Shown here: piece by piece, positions 9,802-30,829 of the stretch
Layout: each line of letters opens with the position of its first letter
How positions within the stretch are numbered: the first letter of the stretch is position 1
DNA from: Orbicella franksi
Taxonomy: Eukaryota
DNA: 64,000 nt
Assembly (NCBI GenBank): GCA_964199315.1
Contig: OZ116704.1
Coordinates: forward strand, 30,504,001 to 30,568,000
Direction: 5' to 3'
Position numbers and translations under genes: made by a program
The notes under the pieces: generated by a model
What the model was told of the DNA's origin: nothing
Databases searched by the model: none
Seen by the model: only the letters and a program-made list of their open reading frames with translations

Positions 9802-10740
9802 ATGGCCGCCGTGCTTTTCAAGTACACCTTCGCTAAGGCAAAATCTTCAAGCAAGGATCATAGCTCTAATTACCAGAGGAGATCAGTCGAAGCATTTTTG
9901 ACAGGTAATGGCTGGCATTCCGCTGGGAATCAAGTGTTTCATTCTGACCCCTCGTTTGGCACTGCTAAAGAACAGGTGCTTTCTCAAGCTAAAGCACTCC
10001 AAGACATCGAAGAACTGATAAAGTGGAAACCATCGCTAAAGGAAAGTTTTAAGGACACCCTGATAATGGTCGGCCAGGTTTACGATATCGACTCCTTGTT
10101 GAACACGCCCGAGGTTGTCAATGACAAGAAACGCGCAGCAAAAAGTCAGAATGGCAAGAAATCACTGCTGCTCGATTTGAAATCCCCTCGAGAATACTCG
10201 GCCACAAAGAAGCCCGTTTCTCCACACTGTTGTAAGCGCGAGTTCGATAGCACTAACATAACGGCAAAACCCACAAAACTCGGTCAGTCAAGCGTCGCTC
10301 CAGAAAGCCCGAAGCTCAAGGTGTCCCGTCCCGCGAGTACTCGCCCGATGGGTTCAGCGTCGAAAGTGTCAAGTCGGCCAATTGTAAACTACCCCAAAGC
10401 ACCTGTCAAAACCGCAAAGAACACCACGGCCACAGGTATGTTGATCTCCGGTCGCTGCTCAAGCGATATCAACTCCAATCTGTTATCCGCACTAGCACAC
10501 CGGGCCGACACGGCGTGCGACGAGGACGATATGACACCGCTCTATCTCCCTTGCCTGGAAGAGGAAGACGAAGGGGAAGCTGAAGACAAGCTGGGCGTAA
10601 ACAGACGCCAGGGACAGGCGTACGGATGTCGCAGGTACGGCAGCTATCACGTAGAGACATTCGTCAAGATGGACAACTGCGCCAGGAAACTCTGCTGCAC
10701 GAATATCAACGTGGATCCGTCGGAACGTGTCTTGGTCTAA
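9802..10740 (+). CDS. Intronless 312-aa protein of unknown function
   Basis: 939-bp ATG..TAA ORF with a purine at -3 and G at +4. It is visibly more GC-rich than its AT-rich flanks. No family is recognised with certainty. Confidence 0.8.
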   Translation: MAAVLFKYTFAKAKSSSKDHSSNYQRRSVEAFLTGNGWHSAGNQVFHSDPSFGTAKEQVLSQAKALQDIEELIKWKPSLKESFKDTLIMVGQVYDIDSLLNTPEVVNDKKRAAKSQNGKKSLLLDLKSPREYSATKKPVSPHCCKREFDSTNITAKPTKLGQSSVAPESPKLKVSRPASTRPMGSASKVSSRPIVNYPKAPVKTAKNTTATGMLISGRCSSDINSNLLSALAHRADTACDEDDMTPLYLPCLEEEDEGEAEDKLGVNRRQGQAYGCRRYGSYHVETFVKMDNCARKLCCTNINVDPSERVLV

Positions 10741-10959
10741 GCACGCTCTATCTCCATCGGAAAGGGAGAATGAAGGCAATATGGGTTCTTTGATTGGTTA
10801 ATTTTCAGGATCGTGGCGTACAATACGGCCGCTATCCAAGTGCTTGGCCTTAAAAGTTTTTCTTCTCTTGAAGGAGAGATACGCATTTCAAAAAACTTGT
10901 AAGCTTTCTTTTTTCGTAAGATACGGATCTTACGAAAAAAAAAAAAAAATCGCATCTTA

Positions 10960-11094
10960 GGGTGCGTTCCTTTGGGGTGATCTGGATCAGGATCAGTGAT
11001 CCAAGATTATTTAGATCAGGGTACATCAAAGGAACCCATGAATCCACTCTGCTCACGGATATCCTGATCCAGATCAGCCCTAAGGAACTCACCC
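10960..11094. mobile_element. 135-bp MITE (PIF/Harbinger-like GGG termini)
   Basis: gggtgcgttcctttggggtgatctggatcagga ... tcctgatccagatcagccctaaggaactcaccc; preceded by TTA. Confidence 0.8.
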
Positions 11095-12240
11095 TTCCCA
11101 GTACGGGTCTTAAATTTTTAAGTCAGTTCTCGTCACGAACTGTAGATTACTTTACGAAACTCGATCAATAAGAAACATTTAATATTCCTTCTCTAAGCTC
11201 TTAGACTAGCAGTGGAGTCGGCAGTCGCAGTGGTACTACTGCATGGCAGGAGCAGTAGCGGTAGCAGTGGTAGTGGCGGTGGTAGTTACAGTGGTTGTAG
11301 TCGTGGTATTGGCAGAATATACAATAATATACAATTACTGTATACAGCATACAAATTACTTAACGCGGTTATACAAATTGCCGGACCTTAAAGAGAATTA
11401 GACACTTCGTACCTTTATTGTATCATTACTGAGTTATCAAATAAAGACAGTGTAAAACACACAAATCACGCACGATTATTTACTACTACGTATTTACAAG
11501 TCTATATATATAAGATTTTATGAGCCCGTGTGAAATAAATATTGACTTCACAAACGGGCGATCAAATTAGCCAGTCTGAGACACTCTTCGAGATATTGTA
11601 CAAACCACGAACCCTCACAATCAAGTTAATAAACAGCCGGTTTCTCTTCAGAGTAATTTTTAGTGGAGTATCGATAGTAATTCAAAATTGCTTTCATTGG
11701 TTTTGCTTTACTACAAATGTGAGTGGTTTAGAAACCTCGCGATACTTATCTAACCAATGAGATGCAAAACAACCTTCCCCCTCGACCATCAATCGCGACT
11801 TGATCGCTCCCGTTCTGCCGCGCTTGACGCTGGTATAGTGTATTTGTTTCATGTTTTCATTGGTTTGTTGTATTCTGTACGTTAATCGTGATTGGCTATG
11901 GCTTAGCATTCGTTTTATTTGGACTTAGTCTGTCAAGCGAGGCTGTAAACAAACCGCAAGGAAAAAATGGCAGGATTACACGTGGCTATATTTTTTCTTT
12001 CGCGTCACGCAAGACGGACTGAGCGAAAGTGGGACCGTACTCGTTGTCTATATTCGAACTTCATATTTCAAGCACAAAGGTGATAAGGAGGAAAAATTAA
12101 AACCGTGTAGCCATTGGTACACAGGCCAAAAGAAAGACCACAACATTCAAACAACTTTTTGCGTACAAAACATCAATCATCACTATATACAGGGAAAGAA
12201 GATTTCATAAATATTTGAATATATTTTTTTATGTGATCGT

Positions 12241-20781
<8,541 letters not shown>

Positions 20782-21057
20782 ATTGATATATTTATACACC
20801 GATTTTCAAGGATCAAGGAAAAGCATCAACATTCGAACATGGCGGTCTATTACAACAACTCCTGTTGCCATGTCGAACCCCGCTGTCCACAAAAACAGCA
20901 AAGCGGCTCAACTTCCTGTAATACTTTACATTTTCGGTTGCGTTAAGCCAATCGCGTTGCAGTATTTCAATTGATTTCCGCGCGAATGATTACGAGGCTT
21001 CTGGAACTTCGCATCCAGCTCGTGAGCGACAATATAGACGTGACTTAGCTACAGAAA
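20782..21057. promoter_or_regulatory. Bidirectional promoter / 5' UTR region between ANKRD42 and calpain A
   Basis: Only 276 bp separate the two divergent ATGs. YY1-like aacatggcgg at 20836..20845 and a partial RFX X-box gttgccatg at 20864..20872. Confidence 0.7.
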
Positions 21058-24000
21058 ATGGTGAAGTTGTATTATTATAGAAATCAGCGTTTCAGCAGGC
21101 TCAAGGCGCAGTGTGAGAAAGATGAAAGACTATTTGTGGATCCTGAATTTCCGCCAGAGACGAAGTCTTTGTATTTTAGCCGTGCGACACCTCCGGAGCC
21201 AGTTGAATGGAAGAGGCCAAAGGTAAGCTGAGCTTGATCACACCGCTCCCATATGATTTTCGTTTTGATTTTGTATTCCTCAGTCGTTTTCATTTCCTAA
21301 CATATCGATCGCAAAAGGCACAGAAATTATATCATGATGAAACCAAGCGGGATTTCAATTTCACTGCAAGTAATTGTGATTTGAACCATTTTCTTGCGGT
21401 TGCTTTAGTGCGATCAGTTCTCCGAAGCCTTTGGACGCTTTATATTCGTTCTTTGTCTCGTGTAACAAGCCATTCATCAGCTTAAATCCTTCGTATTTGG
21501 ACGGCGATAACTGTATTTACGTTAGACATCACTAAGCTTTAGGTTAATGTGCGGGATTTAATCGTTACAATATTGCCCTGTTGTGGCGGAGCTGTTTGAA
21601 AATCAGTGAACACCCTAATTTCATAAAAGCTGTCATTAAGCTTACTGTCTCTCTTTTGGCAAGTCTGATGGCTGCATTCTAGACGGAAAATTTTAAATCG
21701 TTTATTTCGCTCATTTGTATCTCATTAGAGTCGACTGTGGGGTCGACCTACTTCTTGCGGAGAAAGGCCCATATCATAAACGTAAACATGTTATGCTATG
21801 CGTTAATTAGGTTGTCTTTTTATTTTTGGTTATTAATATTTAATTTTTTTTTTGAAAGCCGTGCGTGGGTGATGCTCTCTCAAGCTGTTTAAATTCTTGA
21901 CACCAAATTGGAATTCTTTTGATGTATTTCTAGATGAAATCAATAAATTCTAAATTTTGACAGGTCAAAAACGCAGAGAGGAAAAAACATAAAGTAAGTC
22001 AGTAAATGCATGATTATTTCAGACAAGAGTTCTCATCAGTAAGCTTACTTTTCTGCTCATTTTTTTTAAAGTAATAATAATTATGCATATATGTTATTTT
22101 CCTCCTTTATCATCAATATTGTATTATCATTGAAACAATGCTGCAATCAACTGATCTTTTACCTTCAGTTGATATTCTATTCTGAAAAGAAAAGTTGGGA
22201 TAAATACTAATTTGTATTGTGCTCTTGGGAATTTTACTTAACACAATGATTGTAGGAGGACCATAGCCTTTAAGAGCTCGTCCAATAACCATCAAGACAA
22301 GGCATAAAAATAGCATAGTATAAACAGCAAGTGCAAAGCTGGGAAGCCCCAAGTTGCATTCTCGTCGCTTTCATGTCTGCTCGTCATACAGTGAAATTTA
22401 AGGCGTAATATAAGTTCAAATGTCAAAAGTAGCTTCAGGACTTCATTTGTTATTTGCTTTCTTGTTCTGCTCTGCTCTCCTCAACTTTCAACTGCTAAAC
22501 AAGATGGTGGCAAATTATGCAAACACGCATAATGCATCAATGATTATTTCAAGAGGCATGGATTCATGCACGGTAGAATCATAATATTATCAGTGGTGAT
22601 TTGCAGCCCCTTGACGAATGTGACTGTGAAATAATGATAAATTATCATGCTTCTTTAATGCATATCCACGAATGTGTATGTTCAGTGGCAAAAGGAAGAA
22701 CCACTCTTATATGAAGGTCCAATTGTCTGAATAAACGAGTTTGTAAATGGCTAACTGCCTGGTTAAGTCAATCTTTTGCCATAATTTTTTGCGTCCCCTC
22801 AATTGAAAATAAGAAGAATGAAAATGAAAATTTGGTATTAATATCAATATATTGCAGAGTAAAGAAATTTCAGGGAAATCTTATAGTACTGTTAAGTCTA
22901 AGATGTTTATAGCCTCTAAGGCATAAATGACACTACATGTAAGACTTAGACTGAAATTGGACTCATTCCTAGGTAAACATAATCATTGAATGATATGCTC
23001 AGTAAATGAATTGTATTATTGTAATAATTATTTCCCTGTAGGACATTTGTGCTCCTGATCCTCCAAAGCTGTTTGTGGATGGAATGAGCAGCCATGATGT
23101 AACACAGGGGAAGCTTGGTAACTGCTGGTTTGTGGCAGCATGTTCGTCGTTGGCCCTGGAGCCATCTTTGTTGGAGAAGGTTTGTGTTGCTCTATACAAT
23201 TTATATTTGAGGTTCATGCATTTGTTAGGCCTTGGAAGAGGCGAGATGTACAGATGGGGATCAAAATGTGGACTTTTTGTTCTCTCTAATTAAAAACTAA
23301 GATTACTTGAAATCATTCTCACAGTGCCTTTCTCTACCAAGGGGTGTAAACTTAGGGCTACTGGACAGTTGTTTGGGACTCCTGGGCATCATTTCATATG
23401 TGTACGCGAATGTACACATTTTCGGCTGACGCAAATTACGGGTAAATTTTGGCTCGCTTATATCTGAGCTGCACTCTATGCATAAATGCATACATGTCTA
23501 TATTAATACACTAAATGTGTAGATCTACAAGTCTTGTAGATTTTTTGTGGTTACATATTCTTATAATATCCTGTTTTGTGTTTGTTTAGGTCATCCCAGA
23601 AATGAAGCATCAGGAATGGGACCCAGAGCATGTTGGGAACTATCAGGGAATCTTTAGGTTCCGGTTCTTCCGGCAGGGCCAATGGACTGAAGTCGTCATT
23701 GATGATCTGTTGCCGACAATAGGTGGCAAATTGGTGTACGTCCACTCCACTGAGAAGAATGAATTCTGGAGTGCTTTAATTGAAAAGGCATATGCTAAGT
23801 AAGATGAATAGCTACATGTATGTTCATATTTTTAGTTTGTCTTTCCTTAGGAGGTGTTTAACAGAATGCTTTCAGCATGCTGGACTCTGAGCTCAGAAGT
23901 CTTTAGTTGGGTACTTGACTTTCACAGTGCCATTCTCTGCCAAGGTTTATCAAATATGGCAGGCTATATTTGCATTCTCAATATCAGACTAGAACTAGCC

Positions 24001-27000
24001 TGCAATGGAGACTCGTGATGGGCAATATCAATATAAAGAGATTCAAATGTCATTTGCATTTGAAAAGACTCCCCGCATTAGCGTCAGTTGCAAACTAGTT
24101 TCAGTCCAATAACAAGAATACGGGTATGGCCTAATACTTGAATGCTGGCAGTACAGTACTGTTTTTTACACCCATTTTTTTTTTTTTGGCGGGGGGAGAG
24201 GGTTGAAATACCCAGTGCCCACATAATAGTTTAATACTTCATGTACATATAAGCTTGGATGCCAACTCTTTGCTTTTACCACCTTTTTCTCTTTTATTAA
24301 GTTTTTTAGTGTACGAAATCTGTGTAACGCTATCAATTCTTTCCCAGGTTGGCTGGTTCCTATGAGGCACTAGAGGCAGGTAACACTGGTGATGCCTTGG
24401 TAGATTTCACTGGGGGAGTGTGTGAATCGATTAATCTCAAAGATGGAGGCTACAGTCAAGATACAGAAAAGAGGCAAGGCTTATTTAAGAGTATGGAGAG
24501 AGCGATGAGGGAAAAGTCGCTGATCAGTGCTTCAATAAGGGTATGTTCTCTGCTTGCTTGTGCAAACAAAATGTACATCTCACAGGTATATAGAGTGCCG
24601 GCACCCGGTGTTTGGGAGGTCATTGGTTCAATTCCTGTTGGGGACTCAGATTTTTTCTCAGTTGCACGCTTGTGTCATGTTGATCAGTTTACCTTTCACA
24701 TCTTATTGTTAGTAATCAGAACTGTATGTACAGTTGTATGGGTTAATTATTGCTCATGGATAATTGGATATTGGCCAATTTCAAGGACAGGTCTATTAAT
24801 CAATACACAGAAAAAGGGATAAAAAACAAGGCCAATATCCAACCTGCTTGACATAACAAACTTTGACATTGAAAGGAATTGCTATTAATGTGACACGAAG
24901 AATTACATTTTTGTACATGCAAAACAGGGCATAATCCTAAGGGGGGAGATAGCTCCAACTTACCCACTTGGTGAGCCAATCATAGGGCAGGATTTGGTTC
25001 ATCTTGCATACTCAAAGAGCAAGCTTTTATCAAACAAATAGTAGTACTAACTGTATCTCACATTTTTTACCTTCCTCACCTGTAGATCAAAAACAGGGAT
25101 GAGATGGAAAAGCGCACACAAACCGGCTTAGTCATGGGACATGCATATGGTGTAACAGCCGTAAAGAAGGTAAATTTGTGTATACATTATTGTACTCCCT
25201 GAGGGGCAGTACGTGTACATTTATTTTTATTTTTCATTGTCACATCATATGTGTGTTGTGTCCTCCTCCACCCTCCATGCTCCCCAAAATAAATTATTCT
25301 GCTTTAAATTTTGTAAATTGTGTAGAAAGTTTTGAGGTTTTGAGGTCTTGACTAAAAGAATCAGTGTACATCCGTACATTTACATTACATGTAATACATG
25401 CATGTCAGTTATTTCCACTCTCTCTAGACTGTTACATTTGGCCATAAAAGTTTTAACGATTGCTACACTGTGCATATGATTGAAATTGTTGCATTTTATT
25501 GCTTCTGTCCTTCAGGTCACTATTGGTGACGGTCTCCTCAGTTTGTTCAATCGGCAGCATTTGTACATGATTCGTCTGAGGAATCCCTGGGGACAAAAGG
25601 AGTGGAATGGAGCATGGAGTGATGAGTAATTATCAGTAAATCAATTATGCATTGCACTTTTTCCTACACTGCGTTTGTCATGAATGCTCTTGACAGTACA
25701 GTCAGAGACCAAAACTGACTGGCTACCAGCTTGCAAGGATGGTTCAATGAATTGTCACTAAAGTATACAGGGGTTCCATTAACATTTTCCCCAGGAGGGC
25801 AACTGCTTTTCAAAGGCAGGCAAAACTATTAGAACTGAACTTCTAGACTTCTTGTAGACAGTCAATTTGCCCGGTGTTCAGCCCTTAATGAAACCCCTGA
25901 CAGTACATTATTTTCCTGTTAGTCACTTACATATGAGCCAGGAGCTCAGTGTTAAATCACAGAACATGTACATGTATGTGTAAATTGTTCTTAAGTTCCA
26001 CGGTATCATTGCTAGTTTCTTTGCTTTTGTCGATGTTGTTGTCAGTGGTTTTCCTGCCCTTAAAATGCTTGTTCATGTACAGTGTACGACTAAGTGCAAA
26101 TCAAAATCAGCTTTTCTCAATCCTGTCTTCTTTGGATTCTCTGTTTGTTAGCTCAAGTCTAATTATGCATTATGTGAAATTAACCTTACTTTTTATTTTC
26201 CTGTTTAACAGCTCAGAGGAGTGGAAAAGACTAAAACAAAGTGACAGAGAAAAGCTTGGAATTGTCTTTGAGAATGATGGGGAATTTTGGTAGGTGTAAC
26301 ACTTGCTGCAGTCTGAGTCACGACATTTTAATCATTTTATATACACTGTACAGTAACATTCAAAAGTAATTATTCACCCCCTTGCGAGACAAGGTTCTCA
26401 TCTCGCGAAACAAGTTAGACTCTTGTCTCCATTTGGGAGATGAGACTCTGATATCATGAATTTACACTTTCATCTCTTGAGTTAAGACACTTGTCTCGTG
26501 AGAGCTTAAAAAATTGTAAGTACAACTGCTTGAACTTCTTTCAATTGGAGATTTTCAGAATATGATGGCCTCATGGTTAGTGGCTCCACTCCAGAGCCAG
26601 CAGTCCAGGTTCGAGCCCTGGTCAAGGACATTGTGTTGTGTTCTTGGGCAAGACACTTTACTCTCACAGTGCCTCTCTTTACCTACGTGTATAAATGGGT
26701 ACCAGCAAATTTAATGCTGGGAGGTAGCCCCGCAATGGACTAGCATCCCATCCGAGGGGAGAAGAAATACTCCTGGTCACTTCATGCTACTGAAACTGGG
26801 ATAATCTCCGGCCTGATGAGCCACTTGGCTCATATGCAGACTTTACCTTTACCTTACGACAGTGTGCCTCACGCTCTGAATTCTTGTTTCTGTAGGATGT
26901 CATTTGAAGATTTCTGCTCACATTTTACCAATGCTACCCTGTGCCATGTGATCAACACATCATTCTTTTCATTGTCAAAGAGATGGCGCGTTTTCAAGCA

Positions 27001-28005
27001 CACTTATCGATGGACTCCAGGTTCCAATGCTGGAGGGTGTGTTGAAAATAGAAGCACTTTCCTTAAGAATCCTCAGGTACTGTCAAGCACGCCAATACGG
27101 ATATGATATATCAATATTATTTATGTATCGCTATTCGTGGTGTAATTATTTCATATGCCAAGGTGATGTTGCATAAGCCTTGTCACAGATCAAGCAGTAC
27201 GGATGTTGATGCTGTGTTTCTGCCGGACTAGAAATGCAAGGAATTCATACGGCCTTAAGCCCCCTTTATAGGGTGTTGTTTCACTTTCAACTTTCTGTTT
27301 CCATAGCACAGATCTATCGCGCAGGCAGCTCTATTCTCTCATTTCTGATATCAGTTACATACTTTTGTCGCTCCTTTTGATTTGGTTACTACATGATGGT
27401 AAAAATATCTCGGACAGGAGACATGCATAACGGTTTGACCTCCTTACTGACCCTCATGGATTACCCCTTACAGCACATCTGTTGTAATTAGTTAGAATAA
27501 AATGAGATTAGTGTGCGTTCGGCGTTACTATAACCTCCCACGCAGACGCTCTTAGGGTTCGTCACTCGTTCCTTCCCCACGAACGCGTGACGAGCCCGAA
27601 GAGCGTCTGCGTGGAAGGCTATAGTAACGCCGAACGCACACTAATCTAGCGTTGCTACAGTTTTGTTTGATTCTGGAAAACATCTGTATATTATAATTTC
27701 TCTTTCAGTATTCCTTCACTGTCAAAGAGGAGGGTGAGGTTATGATTTCTCTGATGCAAGAAGACACAAGGAAAGAAAAAGAGCGTGGAGTGGAGAATCT
27801 GACCATCGGTTATTTTGTTATGAAGGTACATGTTCATTGTGCACTTGCTACGATGAATTAAAAAGTAACGCCACAACGGCAAGCGTTAGAATAAACGCAA
27901 AATACAGCACAGTAGAACTTTCCGTTTGCCTTGTTAGGAACACTTCGCTATTGTCTTGACCTTTTGGCGACCTAAGACCATGAGTGTACAATCGACATCA
28001 GTGGA

Positions 28006-28056
<51 letters not shown>

Positions 28057-30829
28057 GATCAGTCTGTCCGTCTGATTCAGTTTGCTTGTTTGCCTGCCAG
28101 CCAGAGTACCTGTCTGTCTGAACGTCTGTCTGTCAGTCCGAATCAGTCAACCTACCTACCTGTTTGTTTCTTTACCTGTTTGTCTATTTGTTTGTTTGAT
28201 TCTTTCTTTGTTTATGGTTGCGTGTTTCTCCTTAGGTCGAGGAGAACAGAAAGTACCGTTTGCACACAATGTTTGAAAAGGCTGGCGACTCCATTTTCAT
28301 CAACGCACGAGAAGTGGTGAACAAGTTCCATTTGAACAAAGGCAGATATGTAGTGATTCCCTCGACATACGAACAAAACAAAGCTGGACAATTTCTGATG
28401 AGAATATTCACTGAAAAGTCTTCTAGTGCAATGTAAGAAGTAGACTGAAAGACTGTTTTATTTTCCTCCGCTGTATTCTCGAAATGTTGCTTTGTAACGC
28501 ACGAACAGGCCATTTCCGGTTCGCGTTTTGCCTCTGTTTCAAAACGATTCCTCGTACAAAACTTTTCTTATGAAGATGAGTTGATATGCATGAAAATGAA
28601 CTTAGATACGAAAAGCATTTTCATTACAATGGTTCGGCACGAAGACTCATTTTGACATGGAGACAAAGGGCAACTCGGATGTGGCCTAAGGTGCCGATAG
28701 GTTCACATTAATTAGTGTGTTTGTGTTATTATTTTAATTAATAATAATAATAATATTCTTTTTAAAAAATAAAAATAAAAAGGAGTGTTTATTGTGANNN
28801 NNNNNNNNNNNNNNNNNNNNNNNNNNNNNNNNNNNNNNNNNNNNNNNNNNNNNNNNNNNNNNNNNNNNNNNNNNNNNNNNNNNNNNNNNNNNNNNNNNNN
28901 NNNNNNNNNNNNNNNNNNNNNNNNNNNNNNNCTAAAATGTTTAGCTGAGGGGAAGCGTCCCCTCTACTAATTGTGGACACCTACCTAAAAAAATTACAAC
29001 TATTGCAATGATAAGAAAAATTTATGTGATAAAAAAAGCTATATACATGATTATTATTAAAATTCACAAAGGCGGCAATTGCATCTTTCATTGTTTAAAA
29101 AGTTACTGAAGTCGCGTTTCCGAATTGTTTTCTTAAATGTATTAAGAGACTGACAGTTTCTTTCATCGGTCGTCAGGTGACTCTAGAGCTTTGGCCCCAG
29201 GTATCTGATGGAATGTTTTCCGTACGTTACTGTAGCAAAGCGAGGAAAACCGCAAAAGATTCATTTTCGTAAACCAGTCGGATATATCGTGTCCCGTGAC
29301 CAAAAGTCAGCAACAGAAATGTCTGACGGATTGCATTTGACAGTTTTTTTTTACTTCTCAATTAGCTATTTTGGAACGCTTCTTGTTTCTTATATATCTT
29401 GTGTGTTTAATTTTCAGGTTTCTGAGCCAGGAGCACTCGGTCGGAAGTAAAATCTGGTGTTGCTTCCCTCAATGTCGTACCCCCGTCTGCGTCATTTCCG
29501 TTACTGTCAGGTCAGCGGGCGGACTTCAGAAAACAAGCACGCTATCAATGAGTAAGAACAACCAATTTCTTTGTTGTTGTCCAAAGTTAAACATTTACCG
29601 AACTCACTCGGAAGGCCTGTTGTAATGGTAGCTGGTAAAGCGATTAAGAGCTGGTTACATGTACTTCACAAAACAGGGCTCGAGGAGTCCGTACCTTTCT
29701 AGACCGTCACTTTCAGATGTTTTTGTTAATAATGAAAATGTCAATTGCGTCACAGAAACTAAGGTTTCACTTCATCACTTATTTACATTTTTAACCGCTT
29801 CCGCAATCCGTCAGACATTCCTGTCGCTGGCTTTTGGTCACGGGACACAATATATCCGAATGGTTTACGAAAATGAATCTTTTGCGGTTTTCCTCGGTCT
29901 CCCAAAACGCGCACTTGTTGGGCGTGTAATCAACCAAGCGACGTTAAAACGAAGCCATTTCAAAGAAGTACCGAATACCGAGTTGTAACCTCGAAGGTCA
30001 GAGGTTGCGACGAAATTTGCAGTCTTCTCCTTATTACAGCACTGAAAATAAGCTGGTATAAATTGTCATGTTCTATTATTTCAGCGCCCGATCCTTACGC
30101 CTTGATAAGCTGCGAAGGACGAAAAGTTAGAACCCCTGTAGAGAAGGACTCACTCAATCCAAAGTGGAACACAGGTGCCTTGTTTTACGTCAGGAGACCC
30201 CAGAAAACGCGCTTGGTCGTACAGGTAAGTTTGTTAAAAGGTGATCTGTTCGATCTGAGAATGTTTAGAAACTCCTGGGCTTGTATTATTATTTTTTTTA
30301 GGAGGGAGGGCGGAAGTGGTATGGATGAAGGAGAGGGGGGGGGGGGGGCGGGCGGGGAAGGGGGAATAGATTAGGAACCCATCATGTAGCAAATGCAGAA
30401 ACCAGATTCGATCACTGGTGGGTGCCGATGGGTTACTTCCTCCGACCCCCTTCTCACCCCTTCACCAATACCTACCATAAACCTGTAATATGAAAACCAC
30501 CATGTTGACTATCGTAAATGTGTGCCTCTGTTGCCCCTTGGGTCTGTACTTCAGCCGATGTTTTCCAAGATGGCGAAATTTAATCAAAACGGTTTAATGT
30601 TCAACATTGTTCAACATTGACTCCAGAGTGGTTCTGTTTCACTTAGGTATGGGATTCCAACTGGTTCTGGGACTCATTTATGGGCCAAGCCAAGATAGCT
30701 ATTGATATCAACAACAAAGCCGTGGTCGAGACTCACCAGCTGATGGGACGGAGACGGAACCACCAGGTCAAGATGCCGGGATCTGTTACGGTGGAAGTGA
30801 AATGCTACCAAGACCTTATGGCCATCTAA
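21058..30829 (+). CDS. CAPN5: Calpain-5-like protease, copy A (642 aa, 13 exons; CysPc, CBSW and C2 domains)
   Basis: Exons 21058-21222, 23042-23179, 23590-23798, 24348-24540, 25086-25169, 25516-25625, 26212-26289, 26896-27076, 27709-27825, 28236-28432, 29418-29551, 30085-30224, 30647-30829. Triad QGKLGNCW / GHAY / RNPWG. C-terminal C2 domain and no EF hands. Confidence 0.95.
24585..24701 (+). mobile_element. tRNA-derived SINE fragment
   Basis: B-box-like ggttcaattcc followed by a typical short SINE body, in calpain A intron 4. Confidence 0.6.
26563..26855 (+). mobile_element. tRNA-derived SINE with central conserved domain and (CTTTAC)n tail
   Basis: A box tggcctcatggttag, B box ggttcgagccc, body gtgttcttgggcaagacacttt...gcaatggactagcatcccatcc, and 3' repeat ctttacctttacctt. 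Confidence 0.8.
27505..27647. repeat. 143-bp fold-back (MITE-like) palindrome
   Basis: Perfect 28-bp outer inverted repeat enclosing a near-perfect inner inverted repeat. Confidence 0.9.
28006..28054 (+). repeat. (TGTC)n microsatellite (others at about 36660-36750 and 37560-37625)
   Basis: Direct reading of the sequence. Confidence 0.9.
28506..28687. mobile_element. MITE of the same family as 8057..8219
   Basis: aggccatttccgg ... caactcggatgtggcct, with shared internal segments (catgaaaatgaactt / aagttcattttcatg). Confidence 0.7.
28798..28931. other. Assembly gap (134 N) in calpain A intron 10
   Basis: Run of N. Confidence 1.

Noticed and set aside
24541-24822. Extension of calpain A exon 4 in the ORF track
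   Set aside because: Read-through into intron and SINE sequence. A canonical GT donor at 24541 matches copy B.
28798-28931. Hidden calpain exon in the N gap
   Set aside because: Exons 10 and 11 join in frame, and paralogue B has no extra exon at this position.
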